62,912 nt of DNA, filler included, from Octopus bimaculoides (GCF_001194135.2; 4 parts of 3 records of this genome joined end to end with filler, not necessarily neighbours in it); one strand, 5' to 3'. Shown: positions 11,313 to 24,980, counted from the whole stretch's first letter. The notes: generated by a model from the sequence alone, not told the origin. Numbers and translations are program-made.

Positions 11313-13630
11313 TAATTTGGAGTTTTTTTCACTGGTTATTTAATTGTAATTATTCATGAATGTCTTTTAAAAAGATTTTATTCACTCATATAAATGAGTA
11401 AAAATTGATTTGCTTATAATGATTTGAACCTATGATGCTTTCAATATTATTAGAAAGCTGCAATTATTAACGCTAAATCAGCTTTATGGACTCTTCAGAA
11501 TATTTTTTTTTTTTATTTACTTCAAAAAATTGTTTCCATTCAACAACAACAAAAAATTATATTTTGTCTTACAGAATTTGAAGCATATGTTTCAAAAATA
11601 CAATTTTCAAATTTTTCTTTGGTGTGGAAAAGGGAAGAATAACTTAATTTAAATATTAAGTTGTTCTGCTGCTTGTTGCAATGAAATTGGTTTCCATATC
11701 TTCCCTGCCAAATTGATAGTTATCAACCTGTTTTTCTATTATGGACTCAGTTGTTGTATTGATGATGATTTTTATAAGTATTAACAATCACAAACTCATT
11801 TCAAACAGTTGTATATGACTGAACTGATTGTAAAAGGAATGTGATCATTATTGACATCATTATGACAAGATGACCCCCAAGACAGAGAAATCAATTGGAA
11901 TCAGAAATGATGTATGAGAAAAATGCTCCTACTTAAGTTAAAAATTGCTGTTTGATATCATTCATGTTGAGATGCAAGCAGTTGTTGTACTTTATCTTTT
12001 CTTACAATTTCACATTCATTGATTTCTCAATCATTGGAGCTTATGGGTGCTAAATATGCTACCCAGTTGCTTTCTCTTCTTTTGTAAAGGTATCTATTTT
12101 CTGTTATGTTAGCTTAAATTATATCGCAAAAATATATAATGCCTGCATCAGGCTATAAATATTTGACTGACTACTTAGAAGTGAACCTCTTAGCTATATA
12201 ATTTCTTAAGATCTTAACAGAAATAAAGAAGAGAAAAATTCCATGTTTTTTCATGTGATAAATAACTTGCAAAAGTAACCTCTCTTATTTCATATTGTAT
12301 AAATATATTCTGTTTACAAAAGATACCAATAAGTCTCTACAACTGAAAAATATTTCAGATGCTATGAAATAAGTCCTATAATTTTGGGGTTCAGAGTTTA
12401 AAATTTTTGATTAATGTTGAGTCCAGGATAGAACTTTATATGGCTTATAACAACGTTAAATTCAAAACTATTGGTAACATGTTAGCAAGTTAAATGTTAA
12501 TACATTAATTACAACTTGTGATGAATATATGTATATATTGGCAAAAGAGGAACCATGATTCTGTAGACAAAAAAATATGTGTAAATGCATGATAATTTAT
12601 TCTTACCAGTATAAATGGTTTATTAATAATTGCTCTGTAGGTTTCCCAATTAACATTATTGCAAACTAATTGGTAATTTTGAGTGACAGTTTAAAAACGT
12701 GAATACTTAATAAATTTTGTATCAGACCATGCAAAATTTATGAAGATTTGAATTTTGAGAACATTTTAAAACATAACCAAAAGGGATGCAGTCACAGAAA
12801 GCTGAATTTTTTAGTCAAAGGGTTCAATAGGTTGGAAGATGTAAACTAGCACTTAAGTTCACTGATTCAATTTACCCAGTTGTAAATAGGTTCCATGAGT
12901 TGGTGCAACTTACTGTTGTTGGAACTATCATTAACTGAGTTGTACCATACTCAAGTCATCCAGTTAGACAGGAGTAATGGGAAAAAAAGACAATACTCCA
13001 TGTTTTTCTCTGTAAATAATCCTGTAAAACTGAAGAGGATCTCCAAGAAGTCAAAATCTTACACAGCAGCTTCAACTCAGTACAAAAGCAATTATGATGA
13101 AAGAAGGATAAAAATGTTATTTTATTCTTCAAGTATGTCTCCATGGAGCCTATATAATCTTTTCTGTACCAACATATATTATAACATAATAATGTTTGAT
13201 TTAAAATATTCAATAATCACATTTTATTTTGTAAAGGACATGCATACTCAAGTATTACATGTCTACACTTGATATATTTCTATGCATATAAAAACTAGTC
13301 TTGCGGGGGTAGGGGTGGAGGGCATAAAAGAAATTGCGAGATTGGTCAATGTGTAGTGTGGAGTGTTAAGATTTGTTTTGTTTTTGTTTGTGTTTCATGT
13401 TTATGTTTATGTTTGTTGCTTCTTTATTTGTGTTTTGGAGGGGTTTTTTTTCTGGCCCTCTTATGTATGTATGAGTAAAATATATGCATTTAACTTAAAC
13501 AGCTTGCATTCAGTATTATTCAAAAATGAATACAATAGAAAGTTATACTTTCTTTCACAAACACATGCATGCATACACATATGCACATTTGTGCATTATA
13601 AATTTTGCCAGTTCCTATGTGCATACATAC

Positions 13631-13682
<52 letters not shown>

Positions 13683-14099
13683 ACACACACATAAATACAT
13701 ATGTGTGTGTGTGTGCGTGTGTGGTGCCTGTGTGTGTGGGGGGTGCATGTGTGTGTGTGTGTCTCTGTGTGTGCACGTGTGCATGTGTATATACGTCTAT
13801 ATATGATTCTATGTATTGTCACTGTTTTGTAATAGACTTTTGTAAATATAAACATCAACTGTTAAGTTTCCTAGACTGGAAAACACTCCAGACAAATTAA
13901 TTTCATATATTCTATTAAGGATCAACAGAAATTCTTTCCTGCAGTTTAACAAAATACTACATCTGTTCAAAAATACAATTGCTAATAGCAATCTTCTTAA
14001 ATGGTTATAAATGTTTTGAGCGAGGAACCGGGAGTCAATTTAAAATATTAATATCTTTTATAGTGATGATGATTATGATGATGATAGTAATAATAAAAG

Positions 14100-15005
14100 T
14101 GATTGTCTAATATAGGCACAAGGCTTGAAGTCTGGGGGGAGAAAGTTAGTTGATTACATTGAAACCAGTGCTCAAAGGACATTTATTGCTCATCAGAAAA
14201 TAAATTGCAAAGTTGACCTTAGTAGAATTTGAACTCAGAACATAAAGTTGAGCAGAGTATGACTAAGTACCACATGCTAATTATTCTGTCAGCTCACTAC
14301 CTTAATAATAATAATCTTTTCTACTAAAGGCACAAGGCCTGGAACATTTTAGTCAACTTTGCCTTTCATTCTTTGAGGGTCGATAAGATAAATACCAGTT
14401 GAGTACAGGATCTATGTAATTGAGTAGTCCTCACCCAAAATTGCTGGCCTTGTGCCAAAATTTGAAACCATCATCATCATTATTATTATTGTTATTATTA
14501 TTATTATTATTATTAATGAGATGGCATGGTAACAGAATCAACAGCATGCTGGACAAAATGCTTAGCGGTATTTTTGTCCATCTTTATATTCTGAGTTCAA
14601 ATTCCACCAAGGTGGACTTTGCTTTTCATCCTTCCAGGGTCAATAAATTAAGTACCACTCAAGCATTGGGAGCGATGTAATCAACTCATCACTTCCTCCA
14701 AAATTTCAGGCCTTATACCTATAGTAGAAACAATTATTATAATCATCGTTATCATCATCATCATTATTATATTATTATTATTATCATTAAGGCAGTGAGC
14801 TGGCAGAATTGTTAGCACGCTGGACAAAATGCTTAGCAGTATTTCGCCCATCACTACGTTCTGAGTTCAAATTCTGCCAAAGTCGACTTTGCCTTTCATC
14901 CTTTCGAGTTCAATAAATTAAGTACCAGTTATGTACTGAGGTCAATGTAATCGACTTATCCACTCCCCCAAAATTGTTACCCTTGTGGCAAAATTTGAAA
15001 CGATT
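14100..15005. mobile_element. Cluster of about four SINE family A copies in mixed orientation, separated by (ATT)n/(ATC)n
   Basis: Repeated ctgagttcaaatt...actttgcctttcatcc motifs near 14220 (-), 14355, 14600 (+) and 14870 (+). Confidence 0.8.
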
Positions 15006-15010
15006 ATTAT

Positions 15011-15046
<36 letters not shown>

Positions 15047-15899
15047 AGCTACAGCTATTATATTATGTATAATGTCACAAGGTGTCTGCTTTATTTTTAA
15101 TTTCTCTAATTTCATAAATCCCAATAACACTAGATAGGAAAATTATCTTCCTTGCTTACACATCACCAACTCAACATTTGTAAATGAGTCATTGTATGTT
15201 GTAGGATTTTTTTTCTGTTGTTTCCATCATTTTTTTCCTCCTCCCCCCACCAAAAAAAAAATTGTTTTTTTTTTTCCACACAGATCTTTATATATGTAAA
15301 TGTATAACGACACCCCATCTTTCACTTTCAAATTCATCCTAGTACAAAAACAAAAAAACCTGAAAAAATATATTTTTCTGATTAAAAAAACTGAGTGTAA
15401 ATAATGATTAATATGAAATAAAGATTTATATATATATATATATATACATATTTTAAAATCAAGTATGTGTTTGGTTGTTTTTATTCCAGTCACTTTGTCT
15501 TTCATCCTTTGAGAGTTGATAATGTAATGTATCAGTCAGATATTGGGGTCAATGGTAGCAACTAACCCCATCATCTCAAAAATACTGGCCTTGTGCCTAA
15601 ATAATAATTATTATTGTTCATTGCCTTGCTGAGTATGTTTTAGAGTAATTATATAGTTTTACTATAGTGATTTTAGTACTTTTAGTATAGTAATCTTATT
15701 GTTTTATTTTGTTAAGCTGACCATGACTGCAAGGGACTAGTTGACCACCTTTTGTTATTTGCTCCACAAGGCATAATTTAAAAAAAAAAGATAAGAAAAA
15801 TTTTCAAATCAAACCCAAAAGTTTCAAAATGGTTACCATGCTTTCATCTTTGCCAGCTAACCATCAATAGAAGATTCTACGGGAATAAGGTTAATGGTC

Positions 15900-18700
15900 C
15901 TTCTCTTTGTGTTCGTATTATTTAACATGGCCTTTTGGATGTGCGTAGCTTGGGATTGGGAGCAGGCAATGTGAATGCGCGTAGCTTGGGATCGCTTTCA
16001 AAGAAATGCCACGTGGTCAATGGCCTCAGGTTACCAGATATAGATGTGGTGACCATAAGCGAGAACTGAATTTCCGAGATACGAACCCTCACGTTCATCT
16101 TCGACGGCTAAGTAATTGTATGTATCGCCCAGACAACTGGGCTCGAGAGGTGAAATTGCAGTGTTATTTCGCGATACCGACTATATACCTGAGCCCAGAA
16201 GGTAAATCGATTTAATTGGACATGATCAGCAGCGAAGGCCATACGTTCGGACAATTCGTTGCCTACGCTCATGCAGGAGCAGAGCAACCAAATTTCTTCT
16301 CGAGTGTAAAGGTCTTACAAGGAACGCATAGCTCTTTTGTGCTAGTGTGTGATTGAAGCACCATCTTGGATGCAAGATGGGACTGTGTGGAGTTAACTGT
16401 TAGGAAAATGGCGCGCAAAAGTCTCACAAACCAGCTTAGACATTTTCAACTGCTTGACAGATGAAACCAACTGCATTTCCACAAGGCGTGGGTTGTCCAC
16501 AGTTTTAAGACACCGGTTACAAAGCCACAAATTTATGTTTGTACGGTCGGTCTCAATAGACTTCATAAACAGAGCTAGGTTGCTGGAAGCTGAACGCATT
16601 TTGTCCGCAAAGCTTACACAGACCAGAATTAACGAATTAGTTATTCACGTGAGTAATCGCGAAAGGCATCACGATCAACGTGCTTACGACAAGATTGGCC
16701 TCCGTTTAATTTATTAATATGAAGTACGAAGGCTGCCTTGTCAGAGCTTAGGCAATACTCTAAGACATGAAGGAATGAAAGCCGTTGAATGGGTCAGAGT
16801 GGTGGAGACACAACATAGCAACAACGTAACAATTCAGCCTTTAGCAGATCGTGATCAGCGCGCGACACTCGATCTTGAGCAGATATATCTGACTTTGCAC
16901 GGCTATTCGGGACTAGTAGCGGGCTAGATAGCAAGACCGATTCCAGTGACTACCTCGATGACCTGAGCGACTCTCAACATCGGTGGTGGAGTGATATGAA
17001 AAACCGATAACAGCCGCAGAGATACAGAAAGTGATGACTATTTGCACAAGAGTCATATCGCTTGGTTTAGGCCATCTACCCCACGCGCTTTACGCATATG
17101 CTAGACTTGTTTGGCAGCTTATGGGCAGATATCTACTGTAAATGGTATTTCCTTTTCTGTCAGGAGTTGTAGTACTGCTGAGAAAGGACTCGAACAAAGA
17201 GAGCCACATTGATAACTTATGGCTCATAACTCTGCTAAACGCAGAGTTCAAGATTATGGCCATGGTGTTAGTGAAGGTTGGTGCGTATTGTCGTTTTTCA
17301 TATCTGTGATGTACAGACATGCACCATCTCAAATAGTTCTGTTCATGACAACCTACACTTTATGCAGTACACCATAGAAAAGATGGGTAAGGAACCTGGT
17401 ATGGGTGGGGTCCTGATAAACTCAGATTAATCGAAAGCTTTCGATATGGTTAGCTAACAGCAGTCGGTTTCGGTCCCAGTCTCAAGGACTGAATCACCGC
17501 TATGTACAGCAACATCTGTTCGGTAGTCAGAGTAAATGACCACCAAACGGAACTATTCATTGTAGTTCATGAGCTCAGTTTGTGATAGTTGTTCCCTCTT
17601 GTCTTTTCTATGTGTACTGACTTCAGAATCATAACGTGGGAACAAGAGACTTTGAGAACCATAGCACGAGAACTAGAATGCCAAAATATGTCTCGGTATA
17701 TATGGTCGATGTCATCGTAGAGCCACACACCGAAAACACCGAGATGATCAGCACTGCTCTAAGGAAATACGAGGCAGTAACAGGAGCCCAAACCAACCAA
17801 GAAAAGTCGCTGGTCCTGCAGGTGGGAACCTGGAAAGGAAGATCCATGCCGTCCAACAGTCGTGGGGCTCTGGTCGAATGTACAGGTTTAATTGCTCGCG
17901 GTCGAGAGGACGATATCCCTGAGGGGTCAGACAGAAGTGGCCAACGTCTACATGTTTGGTAGTGCCATCAGCCATGCTAGCCCGAGATGCATGCAAAGCG
18001 ACGGAAACGTCCTACACGCAGTGGTACACTACTCGTGCATTTGCTGATTTGTGAAATTATGTTGAACTGCTTCTATCACATGTTCCGTGTAGGACAGATC
18101 CATGTAAAACAGATCCGACCATCAACCAACTCCATCGAAAACTGCCTTCCTTTGGGGTAAAAGGGCAAGCAGTTCTCCTCTGTTCAGTGGCTATAACGAA
18201 ATATATTATGTGATGGACGAGGCTGAAATCACTGAAGAAAGTCACATCGCCTTCATTTCACCGGGAAGGACGCAGTTTTTTTTGGGGTTTTTTTTTGTCT
18301 GGTGGCTTTAGCAAAAGAGGTTCTGTGGTGAGCCAAGCCAAAAAGGCTGAAGACAAATACCTTCTAATTTGGCCAAGCCTTCGTTAACGTTGAAAAGGAA
18401 ATTGAGGCTTCACTGTGAAATGCTAGCTTCCTGCATACTTGTTGCAAATGGATGAGATTGGCGAGTATGAACCGAATGAATTGGCCTACTCTATGCGCCT
18501 GTGCATGAAGCGTAACTATGGTTTGTGGGGTTTCCACGAGTAACCCTCGGAACCTTGGAAATCTACTTCTTTCGAGAAATTATTCATTGTTAGAATTGTT
18601 TTTGCTACTTTTCTGTTTACACGCCCTTGTAAATAATTCCACATTGTATCATTTAGTACCGCCCCTGATCTCTTTGCAAACACTTTGTGGTTAATAAAGA
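15900..18700 (+). mobile_element. Decayed L1/Tx1-clade LINE ORF2 (APE endonuclease plus RT)
   Basis: Frameshifted pieces: GNVNARSL...DIDVVTISE (APE N-terminus, about 15965-16070), LITLLNAEFKIMAMVL (about 17220), DNLHFMQYTIEK...GGVLINSD*SKAFD (about 17345-17450), VSVYMVDVIV...YEAVTGAQTNQEKS..QVGTW (17690-17835). AATAAA near 18693. Confidence 0.88.
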
Positions 18701-18840
18701 AATAATTATTGTTACTATTCTTATTCTAATTCTTCTTCTTCTTCTTATTATTATTATTATTATTGTTCAGTAGTTTTATTTTTATAACGTGCTTTCACTT
18801 CACTACCGAGCGCAGCTCTGTGCGCCTTGGGTATGTGCTG

Positions 18841-18940
18841 NNNNNNNNNNNNNNNNNNNNNNNNNNNNNNNNNNNNNNNNNNNNTTAATTAATTAANNNN
18901 NNNNNNNNNNNNNNNNNNNNNNNNNNNNNNNNNNNNNNNN
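18841..18940. other. Artificial scaffold spacer N44-TTAATTAATTAA-N44
   Basis: The identical 100-bp construct also occurs at 39870-39969 and 50752-50851. The 12-mer has stops in all six frames. Confidence 0.95.
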
Positions 18941-19933
18941 TTTTTTTTTTTTTTTTTTGATAAATTTTGAACAGATTAACTTCAATCCCAATGAAAAGTC
19001 CCCTAGAGGGACATGAAGTCTAAAGGATTAGGGTCTACTGCTTTTGAGTGAAGTGTTAGAGATTTGTGAGATATTTTTTAAGCGGGTCCAGTGAATGCAC
19101 AAAAGCTTTATCTTTTTTGCTCGCTTAGTAGTGCTAGGTGAAGAAAATAGAGCCAGTAGTTGTTTCATGTTGGTGAATAAGTATTTGGAATTCAGTAAAA
19201 AATGCCATCTTTCCGATGTTTATGTTGTTGTTCTAGTTGTTCTTGTACTTGTTATAAAGTTCCAGGTACGAGTTGGCCTATCAGGGAAAAAGATAGAAAT
19301 TGCTATCCCATTCTTATAAGTCCAACTGCTGTTTTCTTTTTTTTTTTGTTTTTGTGGGAGGGGGCTCGGTAATNNNNNNNNNNTTTCTTTTTTTTTTTTG
19401 TTTTTGTGGGAGGGGGCTCGGTAATCCATAATAATGTTGCTAAGATCTTCTCTACCTCACCTTATATTAAATGTATCCATACGGCCGCATATTGTGATGA
19501 ACTAAATCTACCAACATTATTATAGGACGCCGAGCCCCCAGAAACAGCTGTTGGACTCATATGCCTTTCTTCCACCCCTTTTATTTTCTCTGTCATTTGT
19601 ACTCTGTGTAAGTTGGACCTATTAATATAAATATCTCTATATTTATACATATAAATTCATCATCTGAAAGTTTCACCTTTCGCTTTCTCTCTTTTTGCAT
19701 GTATACATATATACATATTTTATGTTGGATGTATTTAATATATCTAATATATTCGATGTATCTAATTTGTTTATATCCATTAATACTTCTATACCCGCTC
19801 AACCTGACTCCCCTTATAGCCTTCTTTACCTTGTGGAATGATCCAATGTAAAGACATCGGATTGTCTGAATTTGAATCTTCTGAGCAATACTAAGTGTCT
19901 TCTATACACAGAATATCTGGATCTTATCTGTGA

Positions 19934-19966
<33 letters not shown>

Positions 19967-20020
19967 NNNNNNNNNNNNNNNNNNNNNNNNNNNNNNNNNN
20001 NNNNNNNNNNNNNNNNNNNN

Positions 20021-20058
<38 letters not shown>

Positions 20059-20356
20059 GTATCATATATGCATATAAAAGCAATATTGAACACATTTGAA
20101 CATAAGTGTTTGTATGTGCATGCGTGAGCATGTGTGTCTATATGTAAGAATGTGTGTTGAATTTTAAAACAATCTGTGTGTGTGTGTGTCGCTTGAGATG
20201 TATCAAGGTGGTGCTGAGGCTTGTTCTCATGGTTATGATGGTGGTGACAGTTGGGGCGAGGGGGGTAGTGGTGGTGGTAACAATTGTTTGACGACTGACG
20301 ATTATGACAATGTTGATAATGATAATTGTTCAAATAATACGAAGGAAAGGGGGAAA

Positions 20357-20391
20357 AAGAAGAAGAAGAAGAAGAAGAAGAAGAAGAAGAA

Positions 20392-20436
<45 letters not shown>

Positions 20437-20527
20437 TGAAGAAGAGGAAGANNNNNNNNNNAAGAAGAAGAAGAAGAAGAAGAAGAAGAAGAAGAAGAAG
20501 AAGAAGAAGAAGAAGAAGAAGAAGAAG

Positions 20528-20557
<30 letters not shown>
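20357..20557. repeat. (GAA)n microsatellite (contains a small gap)
   Basis: Directly visible. Confidence 0.97.
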
Positions 20558-20559
<2 letters not shown>

Positions 20560-22903
20560 CAACGAATACAGATATATGAATAGAATACAAATAAAGAAGG
20601 GCGGTGGTGGTGGCGATTAGGTTTGCGGAAGTGATGTAAGCAAATAGTCTGATTGGGAAAAAATTCTTTTCTTCACAGATGCTAAAGACTTATTGTTTTC
20701 GGACAAGTCATTCTGTTTACTTTAGGCTGGAGAGTGAAGAGCCATATTTTCTTGCTTGCCTATTGTCCTTTCTTTTCTTTATCATTTTTCTTTATTCTTT
20801 TTTTATGTCTTTACTTTATTCCTTTGTTACCTCCTTTCTTCTTTTCTTTCTTCTTTTCTTATGTCTTTATTTTATTTCATCGCCGTACACGATATTTGCC
20901 ATACTGGAATTGCCATGCTGCTTAATTGACATGTAAACATCTCGCGTATCGGTGGATGCTTGGTTTTAAAAAGGTAAAGCGGAAGGGTGGAGCGTACGGA
21001 GAGTATAGGAGAGCAGTGGTGGAGGTACTGAGCAGACAGAAATTCTGGTGTTTGGTGCCAGCAACGATAAGCTGTAAAGGAAGAGGCGAGGAGGAAGGAT
21101 GTAGGAAATGAGCGATATAATACAACTTAGTGTGTTGAGTTGTTCATTATATTCCATGCTCACGTCATACTTCTCGACTTTTTCGCTGACTTTTTCTCCA
21201 CATGTTTCTCTACCAGCGTCGATAATGTTTTCAGACCAGCACTGAAGTCGTTCAATATATGATTTAATATATAAAAAGAACAATAAGTCGGCGACAGCAA
21301 ATAAAAAAAAATGGCAGTAGTAGAGATCTCGTTTGCTTAGTTGGGAAGAAATTATCCATAGTCCATAGCAGAAAATCATGTGTTTTCTAACCATTGTTAT
21401 TTCTGTTTAATATGATTATATATATAAAAAGAATTTTTAAAGTAACTATGGCGTCACTTAGAAATACATCTCTAAACGAAAGGCTTATAAATCACAAAAA
21501 TGGGGAGACACAAAAACGTGAAAACCCAAGCACAAGAATCTGGATTCAAACATTAGTATCCAAAATGACTGAAAGCAACTTTTGGTATCTTAAAATACTA
21601 TAAAACGAAATACTAGCATGTAAACACGCAAGAAACTAAAACGGTAAAGACGAGAACTTCTAAAGACGCAATCTATGAAATAAAAACCATTAAAACTAAA
21701 CCGCTATAACTATCGTCTGCAGATCAACCTGCAGACGATAGAGTGTAAAGTACTAGTGTCTAAAATACTATAGTTCAAAGAGGAGCAGCTCATAAACCTG
21801 TGTATTACTGTTCTCTGATACGTTGCGTAGATAGTTTCTGTGTTTCGTCTGTGTACAACTCTTAAAGACACTTAGTACGATATTTTATTTAGTTTTTTTC
21901 TTTTATACTTCCTTGTGGTTTGTTATGGAGAGAGTGCGGTTGGTTAGTTTATTATAGAGCTAATATATTGTTTGCAAACCACTCTTGTACCTTCCTGTTA
22001 GCAAAATGTGGTATTAGTGACTGTTCTAGTTATGTTTGCATTCCATTTCTCTTTCTTTACATTTCTCTATGTATAAATGTTTATTGTATGAAGGTACATT
22101 ATGTAAAACCAAGCTTATCTTTTTCTGTACTTCTGATAAATTTATTTTCTTGGGTGTGAAGGTGAGTACTATTTTACTGATAAGAAGGGAAACAGCGTGT
22201 TTGGTAGGTGCAAATTTGAAAGTTTTGCTTTTTTTGTGTAGAGCAAGATTACTTAGTATTTTATGCATGGATGGAAATGTTATAAAGCAGTATTTGAAGA
22301 ACAGTGGGCGGATAAGAGTGTAAAGTCTCTGCAAATGAAGCTACCTGTCATTTTCGTGGAGTTGTGGATATGTAGGTATGGTTGAGAAGTTTGAATGGAA
22401 AAAAATCCTTATGAAATCCAATACTGGAAGTTTCATGTCATTTTAAAGAATTTTGATTACTCTTTTCTGATGATATATGAAAAGAAACAGCAATTTTAAC
22501 AAACGATATTAAGCAACACTAATAATAAATTAAAAAACTTAAAAATAAACAAGCTTTTGACGGTTTAGAGATATTTCAAAATTATGATGCTATGATGCTA
22601 GGTGTATTTTGTCCAACTCTTGTGTTGATATATATATATATATATATATATATTTGATTAATAAATTCAAAAAGGGATAAAACTCTTTTACAAGAATTTT
22701 ATCAAGAAGCCAATGTGTAAAAAAATTCATAAGGGAAATTTCTATTCCCAAGAATATAATTACTCGTTTATATTTATATAATGGGCATTACTACAGAAAA
22801 AAATAATGCCACACACTGGACTTCTCAAAATAACCACATTTAGTACCGAATGCGAGGAAAAACAACCAACAGAAGACGACCAACTTTCTTTTAAATAAAC
22901 TCA

Positions 22904-22965
22904 ACTATGTATCGACCGATTTCGCGATTACTAGAATGAATCTAGATTTCGCTCCTCAGCATAGT
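22904..22965 (-). ncRNA. Type I hammerhead ribozyme fold
   Basis: Minus strand reads ACTATG CTGAGGA GCGA-(21 nt)-TCGC GAAA TCGGTCGA TA CATAGT. It has a 6-bp stem I, an intact CUGANGA/GAAA/UH core, a stem II closed by G-C, and a self-complementary stem III. Confidence 0.85.
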
Positions 22966-23760
22966 ATTGTTCCAAAAATATATATAAATAAACAGANNNN
23001 NNNNNNNNNNNNNNNNNNNNNNNNNNNNNNNNNNNNNNNNNNNNNNNNNNNNNNNNNNNNNNNNNNNNNNNNNNNNNNNNNNNNNNNNNNNNNNNNNNNN
23101 NNNNNNNNNNNNNNNNNNNNNNNNNNNNNNNNNNNNNNNNNNNNNNNNNNNNNNNNNNNNNNNNNNNNNNNNNNNNNNNNNNNNNNNNNNNNNNNNNNNN
23201 NNNNNNNNNNNNNNNNNNNNNNNNNNNNNNNNNNNNNNNNNNNNNNNNNNNNNNNNNNNNNNNNNNNNNNNNNNNNNNNNNNNNNNNNNNNNNNNNNNNN
23301 NNNNNNNNNNNNNNNNNNNNNNNNNNNNNNNNNNNNNNNNNNNNTATATATATATATATATATATATACGATATTCTTTTATTCGATTTTAGCCATTTTG
23401 ACCGCGGCTACGCTGGAGCACCGTCTTTAGTCGAGCAATTCGACACCATCGGTTGTCAAGCGATGTTGGAACACACACAAACAAACATATACACACACAT
23501 ACATATATGTGTTTATCATTAGTCCTACTGCAAGTACTTAAGACTTAACGATTTTCTTCCATTGTGTTCTTAGATTTTACTTTATAGTGGTTTTTCAGCT
23601 GCTGCACTATTTGCTAAATTTGGTGTAATTGACTACGATAGTTAGCTGTGGATTTGTTGTACATATTGTGGTATTTCTGCTGAGGACGAAATCTTTACTT
23701 TGGGTAATCGAAGAATGTTTTGAAACGTTTTATATTTTTAACTAGCATTGAGTCCTTATC

Positions 23761-23810
<50 letters not shown>

Positions 23811-23811
<1 letters not shown>

Positions 23812-24312
23812 GTTGATGTTTTTTTCTTTCTTCAATTTTTTTTTCATTTCTCGACGAGTGTTTTCCGTACACCCAGAGCAGAGAAGCTCATTGTATGCAT
23901 TCCCAGTTTACACACGCAAATTCACAGGTAAAATATGTATTTTTAAAAAAATTAATAAATAAATAAATTCATGAATGGATGTTGTTTTCGCAGCGATAAT
24001 GTTCTTCTCAGTACATGAATCATTCCAGTTAGCACGATTTTTTGCACTTCCTGTAGGGATGGTAAGCCTGGTATCATTTTCAAATAGGTTTCAGTACCTT
24101 TTTTTATCATTCCTAGAGATCCTACAATCACTGGTACGGTAGTCGCCTTGAGATGCCACATTTTTTCAATTTCTATTAGCAAGTCTTTATATTTATTGGT
24201 GTTGTCAAATTCGTTCGCTGCTATATTATGATCACAGGGAATACTCATGTCAATTAATAAACACATCTTCTTTGTCTAATCTTTTATAATAATATCCGAT
24301 TTATTAGCTTCC
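23811..24312 (-). mobile_element. 5'-truncated R4/Dong-like LINE (restriction-like endonuclease domain plus 3' UTR)
   Basis: ANKSDIIIKD*TKKMCLLIDMSIPCDHNI..NEFDNTNKYKDLLIEIEKMWHLKATTVPVIVGSLG is a PD-(D/E)xK RLE motif. Both ends abut (TAA)n. Confidence 0.88.
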
Positions 24313-24333
24313 ATTATTATTATTATTATTATA

Positions 24334-24382
<49 letters not shown>

Positions 24383-24389
24383 TCAGGGA

Positions 24390-24980
24390 ATGATGAACCG
24401 CGATACAATCTTAATATGATTACTGTTGGCTTGTTGGGACCTATATTTACATTGATACACTTTATATCAAGATAAATGGCTATTTCTTGAATTGGAAATG
24501 TCTTTTCAACTAGTCATGGATTTTTATTGGTATTGTTGGTTTTTCTGTTATAATGACTGCCTATTAAGTCACTCCTGAGCCATTTCTATGGCTCTTCTTA
24601 TTCTAGCTTCTTATATTCTTCTTATCATTTATAGCTTTATTAATAAGGATTTTGAAACTGCTATTTTTTAAGCTTTTGGCTTGTACGATACAGCGATAAG
24701 GCTTCGTTATAGTACCATACATTCTTGCTAAAGATGCCCTTATTAGATGACAAGCTGGATTTTCTGATTCAAAGTATGATTCATATGTTTTTGATTATTC
24801 CATTAATAACTGACCTTGGATGGCAGGAAAGTTTACGAAGTTTAGATTGAACTTAGGTTTATGATATACCTATTAAAGGCTATCAAGTGCAATGCCTTAG
24901 AAATTCATAAAGATTTATCGATAGAATGAATTACAGGCGTAAATGAAGTGCTAGAGTCGTAAGAATCGAATAACGTCTTA
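24390..24980 (-). mobile_element. Possible highly decayed Penelope-like RT C-terminal remnant
   Basis: Only weak motifs (VYHKP..., ..PYRCIV...INKAI) among many stops. Confidence 0.3.

Noticed and set aside
12895-13272. 125-aa and 85-aa ORFs downstream of the LPMO stop
   Set aside because: AT-rich UTR-like or intergenic sequence with no recognisable domain.
18885-18896. TTAATTAATTAA islands inside gaps (also 39914-39925 and 50796-50807)
   Set aside because: Identical N44-12mer-N44 100-bp constructs with stops in six frames. This is an assembly spacer, not biology.
19325-19428. Duplicated 45-bp segment around a short gap
   Set aside because: Same overlap artefact.
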